Source of the DNA: an uncultured delta proteobacterium
GTDB taxonomy: Bacteria > Desulfobacterota > Binatia > DP-6
Assembly: GCA_963815115.1 (NCBI GenBank)
Contig: CAWFFN010000008.1
Span: forward strand, 480,001-544,000
Length of the DNA: 64,000 nucleotides
Reading direction: 5' to 3'
The position numbers and the translations under genes were made by a program. Position 1 is the stretch's first letter, and each line of letters opens with the position of its first letter. The notes under the pieces were generated by a model. The model worked only from the letters and a program-made list of their open reading frames with translations. It was not told the DNA's origin and did no database searches. Shown in pieces: positions 1 through 9,588 of this stretch.

Positions 1-3
1 GCG

Positions 4-1158
4 GTGGTCTCGACCGCCGACCTCTCGGCCGATGGACTGTCGATCCTGGCGAACGACGCCTGCGCACTCGCCCGCGCAACCGCCGCCGATCGCTTCGCAG
101 GGCTGCCGGATCCCGCCGATCTGGCGACCGAGCAACCCGACCTCGCGCTCTACGATCCGGCGATCGAAGCGCTCGAGGCCGAGACCGCGCTGCGCATGGC
201 ACGGCAGGCGGAGGCCGCGGCGTTGGCGGCGGCGCCGGAGATCGACAACTCCGAAGGTGCGGAGTTCGGCGGCGGCGGCGGGCAGGTGGCGTACGCCTCC
301 AGTCTCGGCTTCTGCGGCGCCTACAGCGGCTCGAGCTTCAGCCTCGCCGTGACGCCGGTGGCGCGGCGCGACGGCGGCATGCAGCGCGACTCCTGGTACA
401 CGACGAACCGGCGGCTCGACCGCCTGGAGGAGGCGGCGAGCGTCGGCCGCGAGGCCGCACGCCGGGCGCTCCGGCGGCTGGGCGCACGCAGCGTGCCGAC
501 CACCGAATGTCCGGTGGTGTTCGACCCGCAAACCGCGGCGTCGTTGCTGCGACATCTCGCGGGCGCCATCGCCGGGTCGTCGCTCTACCGGCGCGCATCG
601 TTCCTCCTCGACCGCCTGGGGGAGCGCATCGCTCCTCCCAGCGTGACCGTGATCGACGATCCGTTGCGCCCGGGGGGCGCGGCGTCACGTCCGTTCGACG
701 GCGAGGGAGTCGCCTCGCAGCGTCGCACCATCGTCCGTGCGGGCATGCTCGAGAGCTACCTGCTCGACTCGTACTCGGCGCGGCGCCTCGGGCTGCGCCC
801 GACGGGCCACGCCAGCCGGGCGACCGGCGACGCGCCCGGCGTGGCGCCGAGCAACTTCTACCTCGAGGCCGGGCCGCACCCGCCCGAGGCCATCATCGCC
901 TCGGTGCCAGCCGGGCTCTACGTGACCGAGCTGATCGGGTTCGGCGTGAACCTGGTGACGGGGGACTACTCGCGCGGGGCAGCCGGACTCTGGATCGAGC
1001 GCGGCGAGCTCACCCATGCCGTCGAGGAGGTGACCATCGCCGGCAACCTGCGCGACATGCTCGCCGGCATCGAGCTGATCGGCAACGATCTGGTGTTCCG
1101 CAACGCCACCTCGGCCCCGACCCTCAAGGTGGCCCGAATGACCGTCGCCGGAACGTGA
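4..1158 (+). CDS. pmbA: PmbA/TldE family metalloprotease subunit (5' truncated by window edge)
   Basis: Motifs IDNSEGAEF, SRPFDGEG, LLDSYSARRLG, GVNLVTGDYSRGAAG and EVTIAGNL are typical of PmbA; the N-terminus lies outside the window. Confidence 0.9.
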   Translation: MVSTADLSADGLSILANDACALARATAADRFAGLPDPADLATEQPDLALYDPAIEALEAETALRMARQAEAAALAAAPEIDNSEGAEFGGGGGQVAYASSLGFCGAYSGSSFSLAVTPVARRDGGMQRDSWYTTNRRLDRLEEAASVGREAARRALRRLGARSVPTTECPVVFDPQTAASLLRHLAGAIAGSSLYRRASFLLDRLGERIAPPSVTVIDDPLRPGGAASRPFDGEGVASQRRTIVRAGMLESYLLDSYSARRLGLRPTGHASRATGDAPGVAPSNFYLEAGPHPPEAIIASVPAGLYVTELIGFGVNLVTGDYSRGAAGLWIERGELTHAVEEVTIAGNLRDMLAGIELIGNDLVFRNATSAPTLKVARMTVAGT

Positions 1159-1167
1159 GCCGGTCGC

Positions 1168-1332
1168 TCACTCGTCCTCTTCCTCCTCATCGTCGTCGTC
1201 ATCCTCGTCCCAGTCCTCGTCGTCATCGTCGTCTTCGAAGTCGACGTCGTCCTCGTCCAGGTCTTCGTCGTCCTTGACGTCGTCATCCTCGTCGCCCAGG
1301 GCAGCCGCGCCGATGAGTAGTCGCTCGTCCAT
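1168..1332 (-). CDS. 54-aa hyperacidic small protein
   Basis: ATG at 1332 preceded by strong SD GAGGAGG; 35 of the last 41 residues are D/E; directly downstream of bioB. Confidence 0.55.
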   Translation of the reverse strand: MDERLLIGAAALGDEDDDVKDDEDLDEDDVDFEDDDDDEDWDEDDDDDEEEEDE

Positions 1333-1357
1333 TGCGCCTTTCCTCCTCACGTCGAGC

Positions 1358-2407
1358 CTATAGCGACGCCGCGCCGTCCATCGGCCCCGGCGGGTCCTCG
1401 ACCTCGAAGCCGAGGGCCTCGATCATGGCCGAAGCGTCGCGGTGCGCCTGTCCGGCCGTGGTGAGATAGCCGTCCACGAAGACCGAGTTGGCCGCCAGCA
1501 GGGCCAGCCCCTGCGCGCCACCCAGGCAGCGCTCGCGCCCGCCGGCCGCGCGGATCTCGGCACGCGGATTGGTGAGCCGGAAGAGGGCCAGAGCGCGCAA
1601 GCAGCGTCCGGCGGCAGGCGGCTCCCGATCGCCGAGGGGCGTCCCCTCGATGGGGTGGAGGAAGTTCACCGGCAGCGATTCCACCCGGAGCGCGGCGAGC
1701 GCGCCGGCGACCTCGACGAGATCCTCGTCGGTCTCGCCCATGCCGACGATGACGCCCGAGCACGCCGCCATCCCGGCGCGGCGGGTGCTCTCCACCGTGG
1801 CGACGCGATCGTCGTAGGTGTGCGTCGAACAGATGGCCGGGTAGTGACGTCGGCTCGTGTTCAGGTTGTGGTTCACGTAGTCGACACCCGCCTCCCGCAG
1901 GGCGTGCGTCTCGACGTCACCCATGATGCCCAGGGAGACGCACAGCTCGAGGCCGGGCATCTCCGCCCGGATCGCACGCGCAGCACGGCCGAAGTGCGCG
2001 ACGTCGGCGGGACTCGGCCCGCGCGCGCTGGTCACCATGCAGTAGCGCCGGGCCCCGGAGGCCACCGCGCGCCGCGCCGCCGCAACCAGCTCCGCCACCG
2101 GCTTCAACCGGTAGCGCGAGATGTCCGCCGTCGAAACCGCAGACTGCGAGCAGTAGCCGCAGTCCTCGGGGCAGAGTCCGCTGCGCGCGTTGTTGAGGAC
2201 GCACAGCTTCACCCGACGACCGAAGTACCGGGCGCGCACGGCATAGGCCGCCCACAGGAGCTCCGCCAGCTCGTCGTCCGGCGCCCGCAGCACGCCGAGC
2301 GCCTCCGCGGGCGCGAGGCGCTCGTCCGCGAGCGCATGCTCGGCGAGCGCACGATATGCCCCGGCCAGCGCGAGCGCCCGGCGGGGCTCCCTGAGGGCCT
2401 CCAGCAT
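1358..2407 (-). CDS. bioB: Biotin synthase (radical SAM)
   Basis: CPEDCGYCSQS radical SAM motif, YVNHNLNTS, ESLPVNFLHPIEGTP, AANSVFVDGYLTT. Confidence 0.95.
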   Translation of the reverse strand: MLEALREPRRALALAGAYRALAEHALADERLAPAEALGVLRAPDDELAELLWAAYAVRARYFGRRVKLCVLNNARSGLCPEDCGYCSQSAVSTADISRYRLKPVAELVAAARRAVASGARRYCMVTSARGPSPADVAHFGRAARAIRAEMPGLELCVSLGIMGDVETHALREAGVDYVNHNLNTSRRHYPAICSTHTYDDRVATVESTRRAGMAACSGVIVGMGETDEDLVEVAGALAALRVESLPVNFLHPIEGTPLGDREPPAAGRCLRALALFRLTNPRAEIRAAGGRERCLGGAQGLALLAANSVFVDGYLTTAGQAHRDASAMIEALGFEVEDPPGPMDGAASL

Positions 2408-2485
2408 CGGTCGGAGCCCTCCCTAGCGGGACGGTCGATGTTTGGCAAGAGATTCTCGACGCCGGGCACCGGCAGCGAAGACTGC

Positions 2486-2530
2486 TTGACAGGGCCGTGC
2501 GAACGGGTCGAGTATGTGTACAAAGGACAC
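2486..2530 (+). promoter_or_regulatory. nadA promoter with candidate NrtR operator
   Basis: TTGACA (2486-2491), N18, GAGTAT, then palindrome GTGT-ACAAAGG-ACAC (2516-2530) matching the GT-N7-AC NrtR core; nrtR is the second gene of the operon. Confidence 0.7.
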
Positions 2531-2539
2531 GAACCAGGA

Positions 2540-3550
2540 ATGTCTCAGCCTGCCTTCGCCGCGCCCACCGGTCCCACGCTTCGCGATCTCCTCGCCCCCC
2601 TCGGCGAGGCGGCGTACTCGGAGGCGCGCTGCGCCGAGCTGTCGGCGCTGATCGACGAGATCCAGTCGCTGAAGCGCGCTCGCAACGCCGTCATCCTCGC
2701 CCACAACTACCAGCGCCCCGAGATCTTCCAGGTGGCCGACTTCGTCGGCGACTCGCTCGAGCTGGCCCGCCAGGCCACCACCGTCGAGGCCGAGGTCATC
2801 GTCTTCTGCGGCGTCCACTTCATGGCCGAGACGGCGAAGATCCTGAACCCCGGCCGACGCGTGATCCTGCCCGACCTGCGTGCCGGCTGCTCGCTCGCCG
2901 ATAGCGTCACCGCCGAGGACCTGGCCGAGCGCAAGGCCGAGCTGCGGGCCGTCTACCCCGATCTCGCCGTCGTCGGCTACGTCAACACGACGGCCGACGT
3001 GAAGGCAGAGTGCGATGCCTGCTGCACCAGCTCCAACGCGGTGCAGGTCGTCGAGGCGCTCCCGAGCGAGCACATCCTCTTCGTCCCCGACCGCAACCTG
3101 GCCGCACACGTGCAGTCGCAGACCCGCAAGACCATCATCGCCTGGGACGGCAACTGCTACGTCCACCAGCAGATCACGCCGGAGCAGATCGCGGCCGTCC
3201 GCGCCGCCATGCCCCGGGTGAAGATCCTCGCACACCCCGAGTGCCGCGCCGACGTGCTCGCCCTCGCCGACGCCGTCCTCAGCACCAGCGGCATGGTCCG
3301 CTACGCCAAGGAGAGCCCCGAGCGCGAGTTCCTGATCGTCACCGAATGCGGCCTGTCGGACCGCTTGCTCCTCGAGGTGCCCGGCAAGCGTTTCTACAAG
3401 AGCTGCAAGCTCTGCGCGTACATGAAGATGATCACGCTGGAGGGGACGCGCGACGCGCTGCGCGACCTCGCGCCGGAGATCACCCTGCCCGAGGAGGTCC
3501 GCGTACGCGCGGCGCGTGCCCTCGAGACGATGCTCGCGCTGGGCGGGTGA
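2540..3550 (+). CDS. nadA: Quinolinate synthase A
   Basis: ILAHNYQRPEI, FCGVHFMAETAKILNP, AGCSLAD, GYVNTTA, CTSSNA, AHPEC, CAYMK; ATG at 2540. Confidence 0.95.
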   Translation: MSQPAFAAPTGPTLRDLLAPLGEAAYSEARCAELSALIDEIQSLKRARNAVILAHNYQRPEIFQVADFVGDSLELARQATTVEAEVIVFCGVHFMAETAKILNPGRRVILPDLRAGCSLADSVTAEDLAERKAELRAVYPDLAVVGYVNTTADVKAECDACCTSSNAVQVVEALPSEHILFVPDRNLAAHVQSQTRKTIIAWDGNCYVHQQITPEQIAAVRAAMPRVKILAHPECRADVLALADAVLSTSGMVRYAKESPEREFLIVTECGLSDRLLLEVPGKRFYKSCKLCAYMKMITLEGTRDALRDLAPEITLPEEVRVRAARALETMLALGG

Positions 3551-4212
3551 GCGACCTCGCGGCGCCCACCGTCGCGGTCGACGTGGCCGTGCTGACGGTG
3601 CGGGCGGGGGCGCTGCACGTGCTGCTGGCCCAGGCGCGCCGCGGTCCGTTCGCCGGGTGGTGGGCGCTCCCGGGAGGTCGGGTGCACGAGACCGAGTCGC
3701 TCGACGAGGCGGCGCGGCGCGAGCTGGCTGCCCAGACCGCTCTCCGCGGCGTCTATCTCGAGCAGCTGTTCACCTTCGGGAATCCCAAGCGCGATCCGCA
3801 CGACCGGGTCGTCTCGGTGGCCTACGTGGGGCTGGTGCCGGATCCCGGCGACGCGGCCGGGCCGGACGCGGTAGGCAAGTACGCGGAGGCGAGCTGGCGT
3901 CCGGCGTCCCGCCTCCCGGCGCTGGCCTACGATCATGCCGCCGTCGTACGGCTCGCCGTCTCTCGCGTACGCGCCAAGCTGCAGTATACCAACCTCGTCT
4001 ACACGTTCCTTCCACGGCCGTTCACGCTGACCGAGCTGCAGAGCGTCTACGAGGCCATCCTCGGCCGGCCGCTGGACCGGCGGAACTTCCGGCGCAAGGT
4101 GCTCTCGCTCGGCCTGCTGCGCAGCCTCGGCCGCGTCCGCAGGGGCTCACATCGTCCTGCGGCGCTCTACGCCTTCCGCCACCGACGGCCGATGACGGTG
4201 TCGGTGCTCTGA
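3547..4212 (+). CDS. nrtR: NrtR-family Nudix/wHTH transcriptional regulator
   Basis: WALPGG...ESLDEAARREL Nudix box, EQLFTFG..RDP, LAYDH, FTLTELQSVYE, DRRNFRRK, RPAALY; GTG start overlaps the nadA stop. Confidence 0.88.
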   Translation: MSDLAAPTVAVDVAVLTVRAGALHVLLAQARRGPFAGWWALPGGRVHETESLDEAARRELAAQTALRGVYLEQLFTFGNPKRDPHDRVVSVAYVGLVPDPGDAAGPDAVGKYAEASWRPASRLPALAYDHAAVVRLAVSRVRAKLQYTNLVYTFLPRPFTLTELQSVYEAILGRPLDRRNFRRKVLSLGLLRSLGRVRRGSHRPAALYAFRHRRPMTVSVL

Positions 4213-5333
4213 TGACCGGCTTGCCCCGACCCGGGAGCCGGGGTACACGCCCGGGGCCGTCCGCTCCGTCACCCGTGCACGAGCAAGCCGACACTCCCAA
4301 AGCCCCGTCGCGCCTCCTCCTCATCGGGGCGGCCGTGCTCGGGCTGGGCGTCCTCGTGGCACTCGTGCTCTTCGCCGATGCGCGCGTGCTCCTGGACACC
4401 GCGAAGACCATCCCGCCGGCCGGCCTCGCCCTGCCGCTCCTCCTGTCCTTCCTGTCCTACGCCGCGATGGCACGGTCGTACCAGGGGATCGCCGACCTCG
4501 CCGGGCACCGGCTGCCGTTCCCGATCTGGCTGCGCATCACCTTCGTGTCCAACACGGTCAACTACGTCGTCACCAGCGCGGGCCTCTCCGGCTTCGCCGT
4601 CCGCATGTATCTGCTGTCGCAGTACGGCGTGCCTTCCGGCCGAGCCGTGCTCATCTCCCTCGTCCAGACCTTCCTCACCAACTTCACGCTCCTCTTCTTC
4701 ATCCTCGGGGGCTTCATCTCGCTCGTCATCCGGCAGCAGCTCTCCGGTCCCGCGCTGGTCGCGGCGTCGGTGGCGCTCGTCCTCTTCTCCGGCGTGCTGA
4801 TCTATTGCCTGGTGCTCGTGCTGCGCCGGCGGCTGCGGCGCCTGACGCTCTTCTACGTCGGCACCGCGGCGCACCGCCTGCTGCGCCGATTCGCGCCGCG
4901 CCGCACACCACGCCTGGTCCGCTTCTGGCGCTTCCAGCACAACCTCGACCGCGGCATCGAGTTCCTCATCGAGCGCCGGTCCGGCATGCTGTCGCCCACG
5001 GCCTGGATCACGTTCGACTGGGTCCTCACCAGCGGCATCCTGTGGGCCGCATTCCGCGCGGTCCAGCATCCGCTGTCCCTCGGCCTGGTGATGGTCGGCT
5101 TCGGTGTCGGCCTCTTCTTCTCCCTGGTGTCTTTCGTTCCGGGCGGTCTCGGCATCATGGAAGGCTCGATGACGGCGGTCTTCGTGAGCCTCGGCGTGCC
5201 GCTCCAGAAGGCGCTGATCGCGGTGCTGATCTTCCGGCTGAGCTACCACCTGATCCCCCTCGTGGTCAGCGTCTTCCTCTTCCACGGGGTCTTCCGCGCA
5301 GCGCAGCGCAGCCTGGCCGTCACACGCGGTTGA
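4212..5333 (+). CDS. Lysylphosphatidylglycerol synthase TM / UPF0104 flippase-like membrane protein
   Basis: About 8 hydrophobic segments and PGGLGIMEG...LIFRL motif; start uncertain. Confidence 0.8.
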   Translation: MTGLPRPGSRGTRPGPSAPSPVHEQADTPKAPSRLLLIGAAVLGLGVLVALVLFADARVLLDTAKTIPPAGLALPLLLSFLSYAAMARSYQGIADLAGHRLPFPIWLRITFVSNTVNYVVTSAGLSGFAVRMYLLSQYGVPSGRAVLISLVQTFLTNFTLLFFILGGFISLVIRQQLSGPALVAASVALVLFSGVLIYCLVLVLRRRLRRLTLFYVGTAAHRLLRRFAPRRTPRLVRFWRFQHNLDRGIEFLIERRSGMLSPTAWITFDWVLTSGILWAAFRAVQHPLSLGLVMVGFGVGLFFSLVSFVPGGLGIMEGSMTAVFVSLGVPLQKALIAVLIFRLSYHLIPLVVSVFLFHGVFRAAQRSLAVTRG

Positions 5334-5439
5334 CACCCCCCACCCCCGACCACTAATCGTCGCACCGGATGGGCGGGGTGGAGTGGACGTGGAGCCGCAT
5401 CGGCGGCCGCCACCGCAGCGGCGACCGGTCGGACGCGCG

Positions 5440-6234
5440 ATGACCGTGCGCTGCCCGCAGTGCGACACGCTGTACCGCATGCCGCCACGCTCCCGCCTCG
5501 GCACGCATCTCACGTTCCGATGCTCGCGCTGCGAGCACGTCTTCGACCCGGAGGAGGCCGCCGAGGAGCCGCTGCTCGACGACGAAGCGCTCGAGGCCGA
5601 GGAGGTCGAGGACGCGGAGCCGGCGGAGGACGACGTCCCCGACCACGACCCCCCGCGAACCACGATCTCGACCGCTCGCTTCGCCGTGCGGAGCGCGGTC
5701 ATCGTCACGCTCGCCTACACGGTCCTCTCCATCTACCTGTATACCCACCGCGGGCGGGTGACCGACCTGATCGCCGGCCTCCGGGTGACCGGATCGAGCG
5801 TCGCGGGCGCACCCCTCGATCCCGCCGACATCCAGCTGACCGACGTGCACGGGCAGTACCTGCGCGTGCAGGGCGATCGGCTGGTGTTCGTGATCAGCGG
5901 AACGGCGGTCAACAACGCGCCGGTACCCGTGGGTGCGATCCAGATCGAGGGCCGCGTCAGCGGCGCCGGAGAGCAACGCCAGCTCGTCTTCGCCGGCGCC
6001 GCTCCGCGCAGCGTGGAGGATCTCTCCGAGCAGGAGATCGAGCTTCTCCAGACGCTCGAGCCTCCCCCGGACTGGCGGTTGCTGCCCGGTGAGGACGGCG
6101 AGTTCCTCGTCGCCTTCGTGAACCCGCCGAGCTCGTTGCGCGAGTTCTCGACGCAGGTCGTGACGGCGCGCAGGAGAACGCGACCCGGGACTGCGTCTCG
6201 GGCCGGCACGGAGAGCGAGAGTCAAGCCCGATAG
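5440..6234 (+). CDS. Zinc-ribbon (MJ0042-type) + TM + DUF3426-like protein
   Basis: CPQC...CSRC at the N-terminus, acidic linker, one TM, then a beta-rich domain (VISGTAVN, LLPGE..F.V.F); the last ~17 aa come from the palindromic repeat. Confidence 0.75.
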   Translation: MTVRCPQCDTLYRMPPRSRLGTHLTFRCSRCEHVFDPEEAAEEPLLDDEALEAEEVEDAEPAEDDVPDHDPPRTTISTARFAVRSAVIVTLAYTVLSIYLYTHRGRVTDLIAGLRVTGSSVAGAPLDPADIQLTDVHGQYLRVQGDRLVFVISGTAVNNAPVPVGAIQIEGRVSGAGEQRQLVFAGAAPRSVEDLSEQEIELLQTLEPPPDWRLLPGEDGEFLVAFVNPPSSLREFSTQVVTARRRTRPGTASRAGTESESQAR

Positions 6235-6444
6235 ACGGTGCGGACGTCGTGCCGCGGGCGGCAAAGCCGCCGCGGCAGACGTCTCGGAGCGCGACCGGTA
6301 CGCTGGCGGGCCGGGGAGAGAGCGGGCGGGAGGCTGCGGGGTGCCAAGTTTGCCGCGCCGGCTTCGCCGGCCGCGGCACGGCGTTCGCTCTCACCACCGG
6401 ACGCCACGCACTCGCCCTCGAGCCGAGACGGAGTCTCGGCTCGA
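6181..6444. repeat. REPIN/MITE-like palindromic element, copy 1 (long form, ~264 bp)
   Basis: Left hairpin CCCGGGAC-TGC-GTCTCGGG, right hairpin TCGAGCCGAGAC-GGA-GTCTCGGCTCGA, nested inverted repeat 6240-6280/6348-6388. Confidence 0.8.
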
Positions 6445-6447
6445 AAC

Positions 6448-6645
6448 CTACTCCTGGGTCGGCTTCGGTGGGGGGGCGGGCTTCTCGGGCGTGACGTCGA
6501 TCTCCGGCGGCTCCTTGAGGCCCTTCTTGAAGGACTGGATGCCCTTGCCCAGGCTCCCCATCACCTCGGGGAGCCGTCCGGCGCCGAAGACCACCAGAAC
6601 GATCACCAGGATCACGAGCAGCTCGCCCATCCCGAGGCCGAACAT
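6448..6645 (-). CDS. tatA: Twin-arginine translocase TatA/E
   Basis: [42 protein letters not shown]. Confidence 0.95.
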   Translation of the reverse strand: MFGLGMGELLVILVIVLVVFGAGRLPEVMGSLGKGIQSFKKGLKEPPEIDVTPEKPAPPPKPTQE

Positions 6646-6651
6646 CCATCG

Positions 6652-6727
6652 ATCATAGGGAAGCCCCGTGAGGCTGGCAAGCTCGCATCCCTCGGCCATT
6701 GCACCCCGTCGGGGCGGTCCCTATACT
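6652..6727. promoter_or_regulatory. Divergent sigma70 promoters for tatA and the radical SAM-rng operon
   Basis: Minus strand: TTGCCA-N17-TATGAT, 6 nt before the tatA ATG. Plus strand: TTGCAC(6699)-N17-TATACT(6722-6727), 11 nt before ATG 6739. Confidence 0.7.
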
Positions 6728-6738
6728 CCCGCCCCTCG

Positions 6739-9582
6739 ATGCTTCGGACGTTCCGGGCCGACTACGAGCGGCTGCTTCCGCAGGTCGAGAAGCCGGGCCG
6801 CTACCTGGGGAACGAGCGCGCCTCCGTCCGCAAGGACCCGTCCGCGGTGGCCGTCCGCTTCGCGCTCGCGTTTCCCGAGGTGTACGAGATCGCGCAGTCC
6901 CACCTCGGGCTGCAGATTCTCTACGACATCCTGAACCGCCGGCCCGACGTCGTGGCGGAACGCTGCTATGCACCCTGGGGCGACCTGGAGGCGTTGTTGC
7001 GAGCGCACGGCCTGCCGCTCGTCTCGCTCGAGAGCCACCTGGCCCTGCGCGACTTCCACATCGTCGGCTTCAGCCTGCAGTACGAGCTCACCTATGCGAA
7101 CCTGCTGACCATGCTCGAGCTGGGGGGCATCCCCCTGCGGGCGGCCGACCGCGGTGCCGACGATCCCGTGGTGATCGCCGGCGGCCCGTGCGCGTTCAAT
7201 CCCGAGCCGCTCGCGCCCTTCCTCGACGCCGTCGTGCTGGGCGACGGGGAGGAGGCCGTCGGGCAGGTGGTCGACGCGGTTCGCGAGCACCGCGACGGTG
7301 ACGGCGGTCGCACGGTCCTGCTGCGCGCGCTCGCCGCGCTGCCGGGTGTCTACGTGCCGGCGTTCTTCACACCCCGCTATCACGACGACGGCACCATCGC
7401 CGAGATCGTTCCGCTCGACCCCGCGCGCCCCGTCGTGGCGAAGCGCGTGCTCCCGGACCTCGACGCCTTCCCCCCGCCGACCAACCCCATCGTCCCCAAC
7501 CTCGGCGTGGTGCACGACCGCGCCAGCGTCGAGGTGATGCGCGGCTGCGTGAAGGGCTGCCGCTTCTGCCAGGCGGGCTACATCTACCGCCCCCTGCGCG
7601 AGCGGGACCCCGAGCGCGTGGTCGCCCACACCCACGAGCTGATGGCGCGCACCGGCTACGAGGAGGTGTCGCTGCTCTCGCTCTCGACGGGCGACTACAG
7701 CGGCGTCAATCCGGTGCTCAAGTCGCTCATGGACCGGCTCGCTCCCGAGCACGTCGCGGTGTCGCTGCCGTCGACACGCGTCGACGCGCTCTCGCCCCGC
7801 ATCCTCGAGGAGATCCGTCGCGTCCGGAAGACCGGCTTCACCCTCGCGCCCGAGGCCGGCACGCAGCGGCTGCGCGACGTCATCCAGAAGGAGTACCGCG
7901 AGGAGGAGCTGCTCGAGGCTGCCCGGCTGTTCGCGGAGCTCGGATGGCGGAGCCTCAAGCTCTACTTCATGATCGGGCTGCCCAGCGAGACCGAGGAAGA
8001 CGTGCTCGGCATCGCGGAGCTCGCCGGCCGGGTGAAGCGGGCGGCACGCGGCCGGCTGCGCGTGACGGCGAGCGTTTCCACGTTCTCGCCGAAGCCGCAC
8101 ACCCCGTTCCAGTGGGCCGCGCAGCTCGACGTCGAGGAGACCGAGGCGCGCCAGTCGCTGCTGCGGCGCGAGCTCGGCCGTCGCGGTGTCGAGTTTCGCT
8201 GGCACGACAGCCGGCTCTCGTGGCTCGAGGGCGTGTTCGCGCGCGGTGACCGGCGGCTGGCCGACGTCCTCGAGCGAGCGCAACGAGCAGGCGCCCGCTT
8301 CGACGGCTGGTCGGATCGCTGCCGGCCCGAGCTGTGGAGCGAGGCGCTCGCCGCCAGCGGGCTCGACCCCGAGTTCTACCTCCGCCGCCGCCCGCTCGGC
8401 GAGACGCTGCCGTGGAACCACCTCGACGCCGGGGTGAGCGCACGCTTCCTGCGCCAGGACCTGGCCCGTGCCGTGGAAGGCGTCCTCACGCCCGACTGCT
8501 CCATCGAGCGCTGCACGTACTGCGGCGCGTGCGACTTCGAGACCGTGCGCAACGTCGACTACCACCCATCGGGCGCGAAGGGCAGCGATCACCGCGGCGA
8601 ACGGGTCTCGCGCTGGGCGGAACTGGTCGTGCCACGGGCGGATGGCGACACCCTGCCCGAATGGGAGACCCGCACCTGGCGGCGCATCCGTACCGAGGTG
8701 GCAGCCCGCCGCGCGGCACGGCTGCCGGCGGCGCGCGCCACCCGCGCGGCCGACGCGGCGCCGCTGCCCGCCACGCTGGGTGCGCGGGGCGGAAGTGCGG
8801 CGAACGGCGCCGCGGCCGGCGGCGAGGGCAACGCCGAGGAGTGGCTCGGAGCCGTCCCCTCGTCGCTCGTGCCGGTCGCATCGGCGCCGGCGGCCGTGCA
8901 GCGGATCCGGTTCCGCTATCGCAAGGTCGGGCCGGCGCGCTTCATCGGGACGCGCGAGCTCACCACCGTGCTGGCACGGGCCGCACGCCGCGCTCGCTTG
9001 CCGGTGGCCTTCTCCCGCGGCCACCACCCCCTGCCGCGCCTGTCGTTCGGCCCCGCCCTCCCGCTCGGCGCCTCCAGCGAGGACGAGCTCTTCGACATCG
9101 ACCTCACGGTAGCGGTGGCGCCGCCCGAGGCGCTGGCGCGCCTCGGCGACGAGCTGCCGGAAGGCCTCGCGCTCCTCGGTGGCGTCGAGGTCCCGCGCTC
9201 GGCGCGCAGCATCGACGAGTCGGTGGCGGCATTCCGCTGGGAAGTCGACCTGGGCGAGCTGCCGCAGCGGCCCGAGCCACGGTCCGTCGCCGCCGCCGTG
9301 TCGCGGTTCCGCGGCGGCGCGCCCCTGCCCGTGTCCAAGCCGGGCAAGAGCGGCGAGCGCACGGTCGACGCCCGCGACACGATCACCGCCCTCGAGCAGC
9401 CCGGGCCCGAGCGGCTCGTCCTCGAGATCGCCGTCGGGCGCGACGGCACGCTCCGGCCGAGTGCGGTGGTCGGCGCGCTCCTCGGACTCGATGCCGCAAT
9501 GCTGCCCGCGCTTCGCGTCCACAAGCTGGCGACCCGATTCCGCGCTGCCCCCGATCCGAAGGCAGCCCCTGCGGCATCCTAG
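6739..9582 (+). CDS. TIGR03960 B12-binding-like radical SAM protein fused to TIGR03936/DUF2344 domain
   Basis: VEKPGRYLGNE, FSLQYE, RGCVKGCRFCQAG, APEAGTQRLR, PKPHTPFQW; C-terminal Y.K.G..RFI...FS.GHHP.PRLSFGPALPLG..SEDE; upstream of rng as usual. Confidence 0.9.
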   Translation: MLRTFRADYERLLPQVEKPGRYLGNERASVRKDPSAVAVRFALAFPEVYEIAQSHLGLQILYDILNRRPDVVAERCYAPWGDLEALLRAHGLPLVSLESHLALRDFHIVGFSLQYELTYANLLTMLELGGIPLRAADRGADDPVVIAGGPCAFNPEPLAPFLDAVVLGDGEEAVGQVVDAVREHRDGDGGRTVLLRALAALPGVYVPAFFTPRYHDDGTIAEIVPLDPARPVVAKRVLPDLDAFPPPTNPIVPNLGVVHDRASVEVMRGCVKGCRFCQAGYIYRPLRERDPERVVAHTHELMARTGYEEVSLLSLSTGDYSGVNPVLKSLMDRLAPEHVAVSLPSTRVDALSPRILEEIRRVRKTGFTLAPEAGTQRLRDVIQKEYREEELLEAARLFAELGWRSLKLYFMIGLPSETEEDVLGIAELAGRVKRAARGRLRVTASVSTFSPKPHTPFQWAAQLDVEETEARQSLLRRELGRRGVEFRWHDSRLSWLEGVFARGDRRLADVLERAQRAGARFDGWSDRCRPELWSEALAASGLDPEFYLRRRPLGETLPWNHLDAGVSARFLRQDLARAVEGVLTPDCSIERCTYCGACDFETVRNVDYHPSGAKGSDHRGERVSRWAELVVPRADGDTLPEWETRTWRRIRTEVAARRAARLPAARATRAADAAPLPATLGARGGSAANGAAAGGEGNAEEWLGAVPSSLVPVASAPAAVQRIRFRYRKVGPARFIGTRELTTVLARAARRARLPVAFSRGHHPLPRLSFGPALPLGASSEDELFDIDLTVAVAPPEALARLGDELPEGLALLGGVEVPRSARSIDESVAAFRWEVDLGELPQRPEPRSVAAAVSRFRGGAPLPVSKPGKSGERTVDARDTITALEQPGPERLVLEIAVGRDGTLRPSAVVGALLGLDAAMLPALRVHKLATRFRAAPDPKAAPAAS

Positions 9583-9588
9583 CGGCCG

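Noticed and set aside
1168-1300. (TCG/TCC)n-like tract as a microsatellite or contingency locus
   Set aside because: The tract is imperfect with mixed codons and sits in frame behind an SD and ATG; it is better explained as coding sequence.
6238-6738. Apparent N-terminal extensions of the radical SAM ORF, and similarly nadA (1442), nrtR (3010), thiO (12691), pstA (17151), phoB (24588), gspD (41505), gspG (45930) and gspM (48134)
   Set aside because: The extensions run through repeats or neighbouring genes; homology motifs and promoter/SD signals point to the downstream starts. These are not real fusions.
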